The notes beneath the pieces are model-generated. The model made no database searches. It was not told the DNA's origin and saw only the letters and a list, made by a program, of their open reading frames with translations. Shown piece after piece: positions 19,206 to 29,386 of a stretch of 64,000 nt of DNA. Origin of the DNA: a virus (Duplodnaviria > Caudoviricetes); IMG/VR virus record IMGVR_UViG_3300021400_000252, one strand, 5' to 3'. Positions within the stretch are counted from its first letter, which is position 1. Every line of letters begins with the position of its first letter. Position numbers and translations under genes: made by a program.

Positions 19206-19856
19206 ATGATGGCTAAAAATTTAACTACAATTTTTAATGAAGTAGCCGTAGCAATACAAGAAAAAACCGGAAAAACAGCTCCGATTGCAGCTGAAGATTT
19301 TGGAGATCAAATAAGAGCGATCGAAACAAAGAGTAATACTAAAGTAAGAGAAGGCCTTCGTTTTAGCACAAGCAACTTATGTGTACATTTAGATAAACTT
19401 TTAGAATATTTGCCGGATGAGGTTAAAAGCCTACATGTTCGTTCTACAGATTATTCTGGTTCTGCTTTTTCTTTTGGTACTTTAAATATTGCGACTATAA
19501 CTTATTTATGAAATGATGGTACTGATGACCATTCTTCTTCTATGCATGAACCAGACTCATTAAGCATAACAAATCATAGTTGAGGTTCAGGAACTAATGT
19601 TGATATTAATATTAATTGGTATGAAGATGAACTTATTGAAAATTTAAATACAAGCGATTTTAATGCTAATTCAACAGTTGAAGATTTACTTACTGCATTA
19701 ATTCAAAAACACGGTAGTCCAGAAGTAAATATATCTTTTTCGTTTTCAGGTAGAAATATAAGTGAGTATGTTTTTACTGAAACACCTATACATCCTACAT
19801 CTGATAAATGTTTTACTTTAGACGCAATAGCTGAAATTTTAACTGAACAAGAATAA
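19206..19856 (+). CDS. Putative virion/fibre protein (TGA 19509 and 19581 read through)
   Basis: N-terminal VAVAIQEKTG..I...F...I motif typical of phage fibre proteins; class B motif at 19163-19171; frame open to TAA 19854-19856. Confidence 0.7.
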
Positions 19857-19869
19857 ACTTTATAAAAAT

Positions 19870-19895
19870 AAAAAAGCTAGTAATCTAGCTTTTTT
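19870..19895. terminator. Bidirectional terminator between convergent genes
   Basis: A6-GCTAG-taat-CTAGC-T6. Confidence 0.8.
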
Positions 19896-19899
19896 ATTT

Positions 19900-20538
19900 T
19901 TATATTTTAAGATTTAGTTTTTCATTTCTATATTTTAATAATTCTGTTGTTTTAAAAACAATTTCTGGAGAAAAATACTTCAAATTTAAATCTTCTAAAT
20001 AATCAATAAAATATGGAGTTATTCGTTCAGTTCTAGAACGAGATAATGTGCTGTCTTTATCATTATGTTGAACTAAACATGGTCTATAAATTAGATGAGC
20101 TATTTTAAGTTTTCTTAAAGCTTCTCTTAAAGATAATTCGTAAGATTCGTAGTGTTTATCTGTTTTATATCTAAGTCGATCCTCTCTCATTGTTTTTATA
20201 ATATTCTTGATTAATCCTTTTGGAAAATATGTACATTGATTATAACAGAAACAATTCGAATAAGTTGTATTAAAATATTCTAAAGGTGCACTATAAAAGT
20301 TTATAATAGTATTTGGATAAGTACTAATAACTTGTTCTATCCTATTTTTAAAATCTCTACATAATATAATATCATCTTCTAATAAGACTAAATCAAAGTT
20401 AGAATATTTCTCAAGAGCATCTACAAAAGAATCTCATGCACTGTGTTTTGTATCGATAAATAAATCAAAATCGATTTGTTCAAATGATTTATCTAATGTT
20501 CTACTTGGAATAGTTCTAACAACGTATTTAATATTCAT
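19900..20538 (-). CDS. GT25-like glycosyltransferase, paralogue of 17001-17645 (TGA 20434-20436 read through)
   Basis: MNIKYVVRT, VLLEDD, YNQCTYFPKG, RPCLVQH align with the paralogue over its full length. Confidence 0.8.
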
Positions 20539-20540
20539 TA

Positions 20541-21890
20541 TTAAGTCTCCTTATATACTTTATCAAATGCCCATGATGATAAATCTGCAGGAACTGAATG
20601 ATTTTTAATAAAAATTTCATCAAATAATAAAATATAAATTTGATTAATTAATACTCTGATATTTGGATTATAAATTCCTTCTATTTTCTTATTAAATATA
20701 TCGGTTTTTTGAACAACTTTTTTAAATAGAATTAGAGTATCTTTTGGTAAAAAATTCGATTCATCAACCAACCCACCTTGTTCGACAATATTTGATCCAA
20801 GTGCTTGTGGTAATAAATCTAAAACATATTTTTTATAATCTATCGTTTGATTATTTTTTGAATAATTATAAAATTCAGGAGAAATATATGGAATAACATA
20901 ATTTAGATTTGATTCGTGAGCAATCCACTCAATTTGTTTAGTAACAACTCCAAAGAAAAATGCTCGTGGATTAGTTCTTAATAAATCAAGCCTATTTGAT
21001 TTGAACATGCTTCTTTCTAAATCTGTGATTAGATAAAAGTGTGAATTTCTTAATTGGTTTGCTCCATCTCCAGTTACTAAAGTCCAATCATCTTTTTTTA
21101 ACTCTTTGATTTTATTTAATATTGCAAATCTAACAAATAGACCAGGATCCATTAGTTCACCTTCAAACATTTCGACGATAGTAGGTAAAATATTTATTCA
21201 GTGATCTGGTAAATTAACAATAGAACAAGGATAGTTTAACAATAAAGCTGTTTTTTGTGCGATACCGGTTTCAGTTTTATTATAAGTCTCTTTACCGACA
21301 GTAATTGCTAATTTATTTTGTTTATCTTTTAATAAATAAGCTAATAAAGTTGAATCATATCCACCAGACAAAGATAAAATAATATTAGTTAAATCTTTAA
21401 GAGCTAAATTAAGAGCATCAGAATAATTCTCACTAAGATATATATGATTAAGATATTTACTATCAACAACTTTTCCATCAATAAAAGATTTTAATGGTTG
21501 AAGTTTATTAATTCCATCGACTAATGTCTCTTTACTAGTTAAAAATCCTTGTAAAATAAATTTATTGACGGCTACTTTATTTAAAGTTGGATTTTGTTTA
21601 AATTTTATTAAATTTTTTAAATGAATATCTATATAAAAATTATCACCTGTTGAGAAATAATATAGTGAATGACAGTAGCTTAACTGTCCATATTTTGCTG
21701 TTAAAGTGCCAGATAGCTTATCTATTATAATCATAGCATAAAATCCATTATTAGTTATATCAGTATCAACAATATCTGTCACTAATACATTTTTATTTGA
21801 GTCAATTAAATAAATTTTATTATTAATTTCAAAAATATATTTAGCAGAATAAGTTCATTGATTATTTTCTCTGTATGCATATAATTCCAC
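20541..21890 (-). CDS. Asparagine synthetase-like ATP pyrophosphatase/amidotransferase (TGA 21855 and 21198 read through)
   Basis: PP-loop SLSGGYDS and TGDGANQL; GTG start after AAGGAG; the pieces join in frame. Confidence 0.8.
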
Positions 21891-21908
21891 TATAGTATCT
21901 CCTTTATT

Positions 21909-21946
21909 ATAGATTTATTGTATAATATATTATACAATAAATCTAT
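21909..21946. repeat. Perfect 38-bp palindrome carrying the class A motif on both strands
   Basis: ATAGATTTATTGTATAATATATTATACAATAAATCTAT equals its reverse complement. Confidence 0.9.
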
Positions 21947-22018
21947 TTAATAATAGAAATAGAATAAGGAAGAATAAGGAGGCTAAAATAAAAAAACTAA
22001 TTTCTTAGTCTTTTTTAT

Positions 22019-22342
22019 TTATTCAAAATATTCACATGACAATCTAAATGATCTAGCTTCACAACCAGTTTTTTCTTTTATATATTTTTTAACAAGTAAT
22101 TCAGTACTTACATTTGTTAAATCATCAACAGAACGTACATCTATAGCCATTAATAATTCATCAGGCAATATCCTGGTTGGTCCAGGTTTGCGTTTTTCTT
22201 CGACCTTGTTATTTCTTCTATACAACCAATCCGCCGCTATTTTATAAGCATTAGAACGACCAGTGGAATCAGTAAAAGTATCTGGAATTTTTATTTTTTC
22301 TTCTTCTTTTATATAATCGATTTTTGAAATTTTAATTATCAT
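22019..22342 (-). CDS. Hypothetical protein
   Basis: GAGG RBS, class A motif at 22369-22377, terminator at 21990-22016. Confidence 0.7.
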   Translation of the reverse strand: MIIKISKIDYIKEEEKIKIPDTFTDSTGRSNAYKIAADWLYRRNNKVEEKRKPGPTRILPDELLMAIDVRSVDDLTNVSTELLVKKYIKEKTGCEARSFRLSCEYFE

Positions 22343-22474
22343 AAAAATTTAACCTCTCAGTCATATTAAATATACAATGTTTTTTATTATATAATGTTAT
22401 AATTCATTAATAAAATACTTGTAAATAATATTGTATAATAAATTATATATAATAAATAATTAAAGGAAGATTAC

Positions 22475-23812
22475 ATGTCAAAGTTAACCTTTGTTCTACC
22501 AACATGCGAACCGGATACAATTAAAAAATATTTAGTTAAATCATTAAAATACTTATTAAAAATTAAAGATAAAATATCTTTTGGGATTTGTTTTCAACCT
22601 CCATATACTGAACAACAAATTCAAGAGATTATAACTTGGTTTGAACCTTTTGATTTTAAATATATTTTTAAAGATTATAAAATTGAAAAACCTAAAGTAC
22701 CATTAATGAAAATGAGGAATGATTGTGCTATGCTCTATCCAGACTCAGATTATTATGCATTATTAGATGATGACATGGAATTTGAAGAAGGAATAGATAA
22801 ATATTATGATGATGTTATAAAATCTATGGATGAAGATCAAAAATTATGTGTTTGTTCTTTTTCTAAGAGGCCTGTAGCTTTAGAAAATTGTTTTTATACT
22901 AATGCTGGGTTAATTTATAGAGGTGGAAAATATTATGGTTATGAAGGTTTAGTACCACATAGACTACCTAATGAATGTTATACTTTAAAACCTTATGATG
23001 GAGAAGACTTAACAGAATTATTTGGTGGTCATCAAGATGAATTATGTGCAATGATTAGAATTGCTCAAGGTGGTTTAACTAAAAGTTATATAAGTGTTCC
23101 AACAAGACATTGAGAAAATAGAAAAGTTTTTGGATATATTCAACATGGTTGGAAAGGTGCTGAACCAATTGATGGTTCTGTCTGTAGTTTTATTAGAAAA
23201 TATTTTTGTAGCTTATATGATCTAGCTCATCGTAATCCAATTTTTGATGAAAAATTAAAACTAATGTTATCTCATCAAAGACGTGTCTTATTAGTAGAAC
23301 AATTAGCCCATCCAATGAAATTTACTTTAAATTTAAATAAATATACGAAAGTTTATTTCACTAATCACTCGACACCAAGAGATGAAAGATCAGTAAATAG
23401 TAATTCAATTAAGTATTCATTTAAAGTAACTAAAGCAGAAGATTATAAAGAATTTACAGTTTTACAATTACATTCTTTAGATAATGGACATGTTCCAGTA
23501 ATTAGAATTTCTATTATAGATAATAGTATTTATATTACTTATAAAGATAATTGTAATGTAAATCATTATACTAAATTGGATAACTTTGAATTAAATCAAG
23601 ATTATACGATTAGTATTAATATTACATCTGATTCTATTGAAATAAATGATGGTAAATGGAAATACGAAAGATGGTTTAATAAACATGAATTTAGATACGG
23701 AATTTATCCTCAGACTGATTTCGGTAACTATGAATTAGTTGTTCATAAAATTGAAATAGATAAAGTCGTTAATAACTGGGTAATAGATAAATATAGAAAT
23801 GTTAGATTATAA
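22475..23812 (+). CDS. GT-A glycosyltransferase fused to a PL7-like polysaccharide lyase domain (TGA 23111-23113 read through)
   Basis: N-terminal FVLPT...RN...LLDDD; C-terminal PRDER, LQLH, FRYGIYPQ. Confidence 0.65.
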
Positions 23813-23877
23813 GACCTGAATTTAATATTAAAAGAAAATACCTAGATTCTATATAAAATTTTAATAAGGAGATACTT

Positions 23878-25038
23878 GTGAAAACGAAATTTAGATTCCA
23901 TGTACTTGGAGTACCACATACTAAAACTAATTTAAATTATACTCAGTGTGCATATACTCAGAAAATATATAAATTTTGTAAAATGATGACTGAACGAGGT
24001 CATGAAGTTATCCATTATGGAGTTGAAGGAAGTAATCCGATTTGTACTGAAAATGTAATAGTAGTTTCAGATGAAATTTATAAAAAAGTATATGGTAATT
24101 ATGATTATAAGTCTAGTTTTTTTAAATATAACGTTAATGATGAATGTTATCAAACTTTTTATAAAAATGCTATTATTGAAATTAATAAACGAAAGAAACC
24201 TCATGATTTTTTATTACCATTTTGGGGTGCTGGAGTTAGACCAGTCTGTGATGCATTTCCAGATCTAATTGTTGTAGAACCTGGTATCGGATACGGTGAA
24301 GGACTTTGGGCTAAATATAAAATTTTTGAATCTTATGCTATTTATCATGCTTATCGCACATTAAATTCAGTAGCATATTGCCATCAAAATCAATATGAGG
24401 TCGTAATTCCAAACTATTTTGATTTAAATGATTTTGAAACAAATTTTGATAAAGAATCTAGATTAAATAATAAAGATAGATATTTCTTATTTGTTGGACG
24501 CGTCTATGATGGAAAAGGTGTAAATATTGCTATTCAAGTTTGTCAAGTATTAGGTATTAAATTAAAAATTGCTGGACAACTTAGTGATAAGTATAAAAAT
24601 TATAAATGGCCAGATAATATAGAATATGTAGGAAGTGTTAATACAAAACAACGAAGTGACTTAATGAAGAATGCTATTGCTTCATTTTTACCTTCTCAAT
24701 ATGTTGAACCATTTGGAGGCGTACAAATTGAAAATCTCCTTTGTGGTACTCCAACAATAACTAGTGATTGGGGTGGATTTGCAGAGAATAATATTAACGG
24801 ATTGACTGGTTATAGGTGTAGAACATTTGACGATTATTTAAATGCAGCGTTAAATTGTCTAGATGGAAAAATTGATTATAAAGAATGTAGAAAGTTCGGA
24901 GAAAATTTTAGTCTTGAAAACGTTGCATTAAAATATGAAAAGTATTTTAATGATGTATTAACTTTATATACTAATAGGGATGGTTGGTATACTATTTCAA
25001 ATGAAACTCGTAAGAGAATTAATCAAATTAAAAATTAA
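23878..25038 (+). CDS. Glycosyltransferase family 4 (GT-B)
   Basis: FVGR..GKG, EPFGGVQIENLLCGTPTI. Confidence 0.9.
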   Translation: MKTKFRFHVLGVPHTKTNLNYTQCAYTQKIYKFCKMMTERGHEVIHYGVEGSNPICTENVIVVSDEIYKKVYGNYDYKSSFFKYNVNDECYQTFYKNAIIEINKRKKPHDFLLPFWGAGVRPVCDAFPDLIVVEPGIGYGEGLWAKYKIFESYAIYHAYRTLNSVAYCHQNQYEVVIPNYFDLNDFETNFDKESRLNNKDRYFLFVGRVYDGKGVNIAIQVCQVLGIKLKIAGQLSDKYKNYKWPDNIEYVGSVNTKQRSDLMKNAIASFLPSQYVEPFGGVQIENLLCGTPTITSDWGGFAENNINGLTGYRCRTFDDYLNAALNCLDGKIDYKECRKFGENFSLENVALKYEKYFNDVLTLYTNRDGWYTISNETRKRINQIKN

Positions 25039-25063
25039 AATACTTTATTAATTGGAGCTTAAT

Positions 25064-26056
25064 ATGGAAAATATAAAAAATATTAAAGCAATTATAGATC
25101 TAAAAGGAAAATGTCAATCAGTTATTAAGTGGAGATTAACTGATGCTTGCAATTATAGATGTTCATATTGTTTACGATATGCTTGGAGTAAAAAGCCACA
25201 AGATTTAAAATATTTACAAGAAGATATTAAGTTAATAAATGAGGCAGCTCCTGAAGTTGCTAGAATAATAAATGAAATGCCTGGTAAAGTTAAATTAGAT
25301 TTAATCGGTGGAGAGGTCTCTTTATTAGATTTAACTTCAATATTAACTACTTTATTTAAAATTTGTGGAAATAAATTATTTAGAATAAATATTACAACTA
25401 ATATGTCTAATTCGGCTGAATATTATACTAGTCTATGTAATCTTGTGGATAGCTATGGAGCTGAATTGGGAGTAACTTGTAGTTTTCATTCTGAATTTAC
25501 TACATTAGACAAATTTATTTCAAAAATAAAACAAATAAAACATCCAACTGCACAAAAAGAAATCCGTGCTGAATTAGTCTCTCATTTATATAATCAAGAG
25601 TTAGTAAGACAATTTATAGATATTTGTGAAAAAGAAGGTATAACATATTTTGTCGAAAGAGACTTAAGTGCAGATCCAGAGATTAAATCTCAATTATTAA
25701 TTGGTTCTAGTAAGAAAAAATTAGATCGATATAAAGTTATTTCTGATACAAATGAAGAAAAATTATATAAAACAAGAAATGAAGTAATTAGTGGTAATTT
25801 AAGTGATTATAGACATTATTTAGAATTAAATGGATTGTATTGTACAAGAGATTATGATTACGTCTATATCGAAAAAGATGAACATATTGGTAGAATAGGT
25901 GATTCTGACTGTAAACAACGTGAAAATATCTTCTATTTTCACCCACTGGCCGAACCAAAATTATGTATAAAACCTGGTTGTACTTTATGTGGACATATGA
26001 GTGTGAGTAAAGTAAAAGAATTATTAATGTTAGATAAAGAAGGTCAAGAAAAGTAA
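25064..26056 (+). CDS. Radical SAM enzyme
   Basis: CNYRCSYC, IGGE, ITTN, SFH; C-terminal Cys cluster. Confidence 0.85.
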   Translation: MENIKNIKAIIDLKGKCQSVIKWRLTDACNYRCSYCLRYAWSKKPQDLKYLQEDIKLINEAAPEVARIINEMPGKVKLDLIGGEVSLLDLTSILTTLFKICGNKLFRINITTNMSNSAEYYTSLCNLVDSYGAELGVTCSFHSEFTTLDKFISKIKQIKHPTAQKEIRAELVSHLYNQELVRQFIDICEKEGITYFVERDLSADPEIKSQLLIGSSKKKLDRYKVISDTNEEKLYKTRNEVISGNLSDYRHYLELNGLYCTRDYDYVYIEKDEHIGRIGDSDCKQRENIFYFHPLAEPKLCIKPGCTLCGHMSVSKVKELLMLDKEGQEK

Positions 26057-26127
26057 TCTTGACCTTCTTTTATTAATATTGTATAATATATTATAATATA
26101 TTATAGTAATAAATTTAGGAGTTAAAT

Positions 26128-26946
26128 ATGTTAGATAAACGTATTGTCGTTGTTGGGTTTGGAGTTGTAGGTAAACTTGAATATGATATATTATTTGAAA
26201 GATATACTCCGGATATTTTAGATTTAAATGGGAGTATGTTATTTTCTACTGGAAGTTCAGAATTATTAAAATTTGAAGATGCTTTAGAAAAAATAAAAGA
26301 TGTAGAATATGATTTAGCAATAGTTGCAGTTCCAACACCTTATGATAAAGAAAGTGGAGTTTTAGATTGTCATTTAGTTTATGATGCTGTAAAAGAAGTA
26401 AATGCTAAAATTTATTTAATTAAATCCACAGTTAATGTTGGTTATTGTGATTATTTAGTTGCACAAACAGGTAAACATATAATTCATAGTCCAGAACATG
26501 CCGGAGCAACACAACATTGTAATAATTTTAATTATGATTTTACAATTTTAGGTGGAGATACAGAGGATTGCCAAGTTGTTCAAGAAATATATCAAGAAAT
26601 ATTCGATGCGAGACATATATTTAAGTATATAACTAGAAGAGAAGCTGAAACAGCTAAACTTGTAGAGAATTGTTATTTACCAACAGTTGTAAGTTTTTGA
26701 ACAAGTATTTGAGAAAGTTGTAATAAATTAGGTATTTGTTTTGAAAATGTAAGAGAAGCTGTTTTATTGGATCCAAGAATACCGAGACCACACTCCGCAG
26801 TATATCCAAGCCACCCATTCTGAGATAGTCATTGTTTTAATAAAGATGAACCAGCATTTGCAAATCAAACTGGAAATGAATTATTAAAAAATGTATATCA
26901 ATTCAATGATCAAATGAAAGATAAATATAAAAATAATAAAAAATAA
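26128..26946 (+). CDS. UDP-glucose/GDP-mannose dehydrogenase-family protein, short form (TGA 26698, 26710, 26821 read through)
   Basis: GFGVVG, VPTP, IKSTV, SPE, AETAKLVEN, DPRI; the catalytic HCFNKD lies beyond the TGAs. Confidence 0.85.
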
Positions 26947-26983
26947 AAAGAGTTATTAATAACTCTTTTTTTATATATTTATA

Positions 26984-27039
26984 TGCTAAATTATGTGATA
27001 AGTAATTTAAATAAAAGTTATTAAACGATATGCTAAATT
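26984..27039 (+). promoter_or_regulatory. Tandem class B motifs (26984-26992 and 27031-27039) upstream of holin-like genes
   Basis: ATATGCTAAATTAT occurs twice after the terminator at 26945-26972. Confidence 0.6.
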
Positions 27040-27075
27040 ATTTAGTTAATATTTTGTTTTTTGGAGGTGACCAGC

Positions 27076-27576
27076 ATGCCAGTTTGGTTAACAGTATTTT
27101 TAGCTCTGGGCGGATCTGCTCTAATAACTTTAATAGTAAATACAATCTGGCGTCATAGTGCTGCTAAGATTAATAGAATTAAAGAATTAGAAAAGAAAGC
27201 CGAAGACGATGCAAGACATGAAGAAGAAAGACGTCGTCAAGAAGAGTGGGAACAAAAAGTTCTAGATTTAATTCATCCGTTATCAGTAAAATTGGATGAA
27301 ATTCAAGAAGAATTAAAATTAAATAAATCAGCTACCACAACAAGTTTAAGAACAGACTTAATGTTATTAAGAGATAGATATAGAGATTTAGGTTATGCAT
27401 CAAGAAATGATAAAGCAGCTTGGAATCAACTATATAATGACTATAAAGAATTAGGTGGTAATCATTTTAAAGAATATGTTGATCAGTGGAAAGAAGAAGT
27501 TAATAATTTACCAACAATCCCTGATATAGAACATGGTAAAGGCAGAAGAACTGAAGATAAAAAGGAGAACGAATAA
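27076..27576 (+). CDS. Membrane-anchored holin-associated protein
   Basis: N-terminal TM helix, coiled coil, YKELGGN motif; GGAGG RBS. Confidence 0.6.
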   Translation: MPVWLTVFLALGGSALITLIVNTIWRHSAAKINRIKELEKKAEDDARHEEERRRQEEWEQKVLDLIHPLSVKLDEIQEELKLNKSATTTSLRTDLMLLRDRYRDLGYASRNDKAAWNQLYNDYKELGGNHFKEYVDQWKEEVNNLPTIPDIEHGKGRRTEDKKENE

Positions 27577-27920
27577 TGGATTTTGTAGAAAATGCTAATG
27601 CAATCGTTGCATTAATTAGTGCAGTTGTAGGTTTACTATCTGCTGCTATTCCTCTAGGAGTTGTAATTTATAATTTATTTAAAGGTAAGAAAGCAAAAGA
27701 AGTATTTGCAGATTTAAAAGATATGGCTATGGCTGCTATTGTAGAAGCTGAAAAGACAGGTAAAACTGGTGCTGAAAAGAAAGAGATTGCTATTGCTGCT
27801 GTTAAAGCTGCAGCTGCTGCAAAGAACATTGATATTACACCATTCATGGATGCTTTATTAGCAGTTATCGATCAAATAGTTGCTAATAATAATGCATTTA
27901 TTGAAGCTAAGAAAAATTAA
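27576..27920 (+). CDS. Holin-like protein (LL-H type)
   Basis: N-terminal TM segment and AIVEAE..GAEKK motif. Confidence 0.6.
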   Translation: MDFVENANAIVALISAVVGLLSAAIPLGVVIYNLFKGKKAKEVFADLKDMAMAAIVEAEKTGKTGAEKKEIAIAAVKAAAAAKNIDITPFMDALLAVIDQIVANNNAFIEAKKN

Positions 27921-28013
27921 TTATAAATTTTTAAGGTCTAAATTAATTAGACCTTTTTTATTTTACTTTTAATTGCTAAATTGTATGAGTAATTAATTTA
28001 TAGGAGAAAGACT

Positions 28014-28442
28014 ATGGCAAAAATATTTGATTCATACAATAATGGTGATATTAGCCACGAATTTCCAAAAAAATGTCCTAAAAAAATAAAAAGACCTGAA
28101 TATTTAACTTCAGCTAAATTAGTATATAATCTTTCAAATGAATTTATTGGAGTAGAGGCAAAAGAAGATACCGTATTTTCATTATTTTTCACTCTAGTAA
28201 ATGCCGATGAAGATTTATTAACTAATGGTTATTTTTATTTAGAAATCTATGATAGATATCATAAATTATTAAAAGATATAGATTTAGACGTTTGTCTTAC
28301 AAATAGAACTGTTAGTACTCAAATTTATGCAGATGAAGCCGAATTACCATATGGAAATTATTATATAAATTTAAAAGTAGACTATAATGATGTTTGCTAT
28401 GTATTAATTTCAGAAAATGATATGATTTTAAGTATAAAGTAG
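28014..28442 (+). CDS. Hypothetical (probable structural) protein
   Basis: Class B motif at 27974-27982, AGGAG RBS. Confidence 0.7.
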   Translation: MAKIFDSYNNGDISHEFPKKCPKKIKRPEYLTSAKLVYNLSNEFIGVEAKEDTVFSLFFTLVNADEDLLTNGYFYLEIYDRYHKLLKDIDLDVCLTNRTVSTQIYADEAELPYGNYYINLKVDYNDVCYVLISENDMILSIK

Positions 28443-28451
28443 GAGACGTAT

Positions 28452-28931
28452 ATGGATGAATTAAAAATAAAAACTATTGTTGGTGTCTGCCCACCAGATG
28501 CACCAATTATTCCAAGTGATGAATATGTTAGATATATTTCTCGTGGAGCCACAGTTGTCTTTGAATTCGATTTAGATCAAAAAGCTTATACTTTTAATGA
28601 TATTGAACAACTTTCATTTTTATTTAAACAGTATAATAAATTATTAAAATATGATTTATATACTGAAGGAAAAGTTTTAAATCCATTATTTTGTTTTGAC
28701 TATGATGATTATAATGAAGTAATAATCATTAAATTAAGATTACCAGCTGAAGAAACAGTTAAATTTAAGAAAACAACTAAAGAAAATTTAATTCCGTGCG
28801 AAGTAATGATTCACTTAAATTCAAATGAAGATTATAATCAAGATGAAACAACAATTTTAGAGAATTTACCTCCTCTAAATGTAACCGATACTCTTTATGG
28901 AAAGTTCTTAGAACGAAAAGAGGAGAACTAA
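28452..28931 (+). CDS. BppU-like baseplate/tail protein
   Basis: ISRGAT...L..EETxxF pattern; similar to the next gene. Confidence 0.5.
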   Translation: MDELKIKTIVGVCPPDAPIIPSDEYVRYISRGATVVFEFDLDQKAYTFNDIEQLSFLFKQYNKLLKYDLYTEGKVLNPLFCFDYDDYNEVIIIKLRLPAEETVKFKKTTKENLIPCEVMIHLNSNEDYNQDETTILENLPPLNVTDTLYGKFLERKEEN

Positions 28932-29291
28932 ATGGAAAATGCAAAACCAATAACAATTATACGTGGTGATTCATTATCATTTTTATATACTATTTATGAT
29001 CAACAATGTAGTATTTGTGCTGAACCATATACACTAACAGATGATGACATTTTATATTTCGGAGTAATGTTACCACATGGAAGATTTGAAGACGCTTTAA
29101 TTAAAAAGAGCTTTACAAAAGAAGATTTAGTTAATGATAAATATATTAGAATTAAATTAACTAGTGATGAAACTGCTCAAATTGTTCCTGGAGTATATTA
29201 TTATGAAGTTAAATTAGCAAAAAATCTAGGAATGGAAAATGAAGAAGTAATTACAACAACTAGAAAAACTAAGTTTATAATTTTAAATTAA
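28932..29291 (+). CDS. BppU-like baseplate/tail protein
   Basis: IIRGDS...YFGV...LTSDET..I.PGVYYYEVKL. Confidence 0.55.
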   Translation: MENAKPITIIRGDSLSFLYTIYDQQCSICAEPYTLTDDDILYFGVMLPHGRFEDALIKKSFTKEDLVNDKYIRIKLTSDETAQIVPGVYYYEVKLAKNLGMENEEVITTTRKTKFIILN

Positions 29292-29386
29292 AAAGTGACA
29301 TTTTTGTCACTTTATTTTTTTAGATAAACTATCCATTTGCTAAATTAGATGATTTATTGAAATACTTATAATGGAGGTTTTTTACA

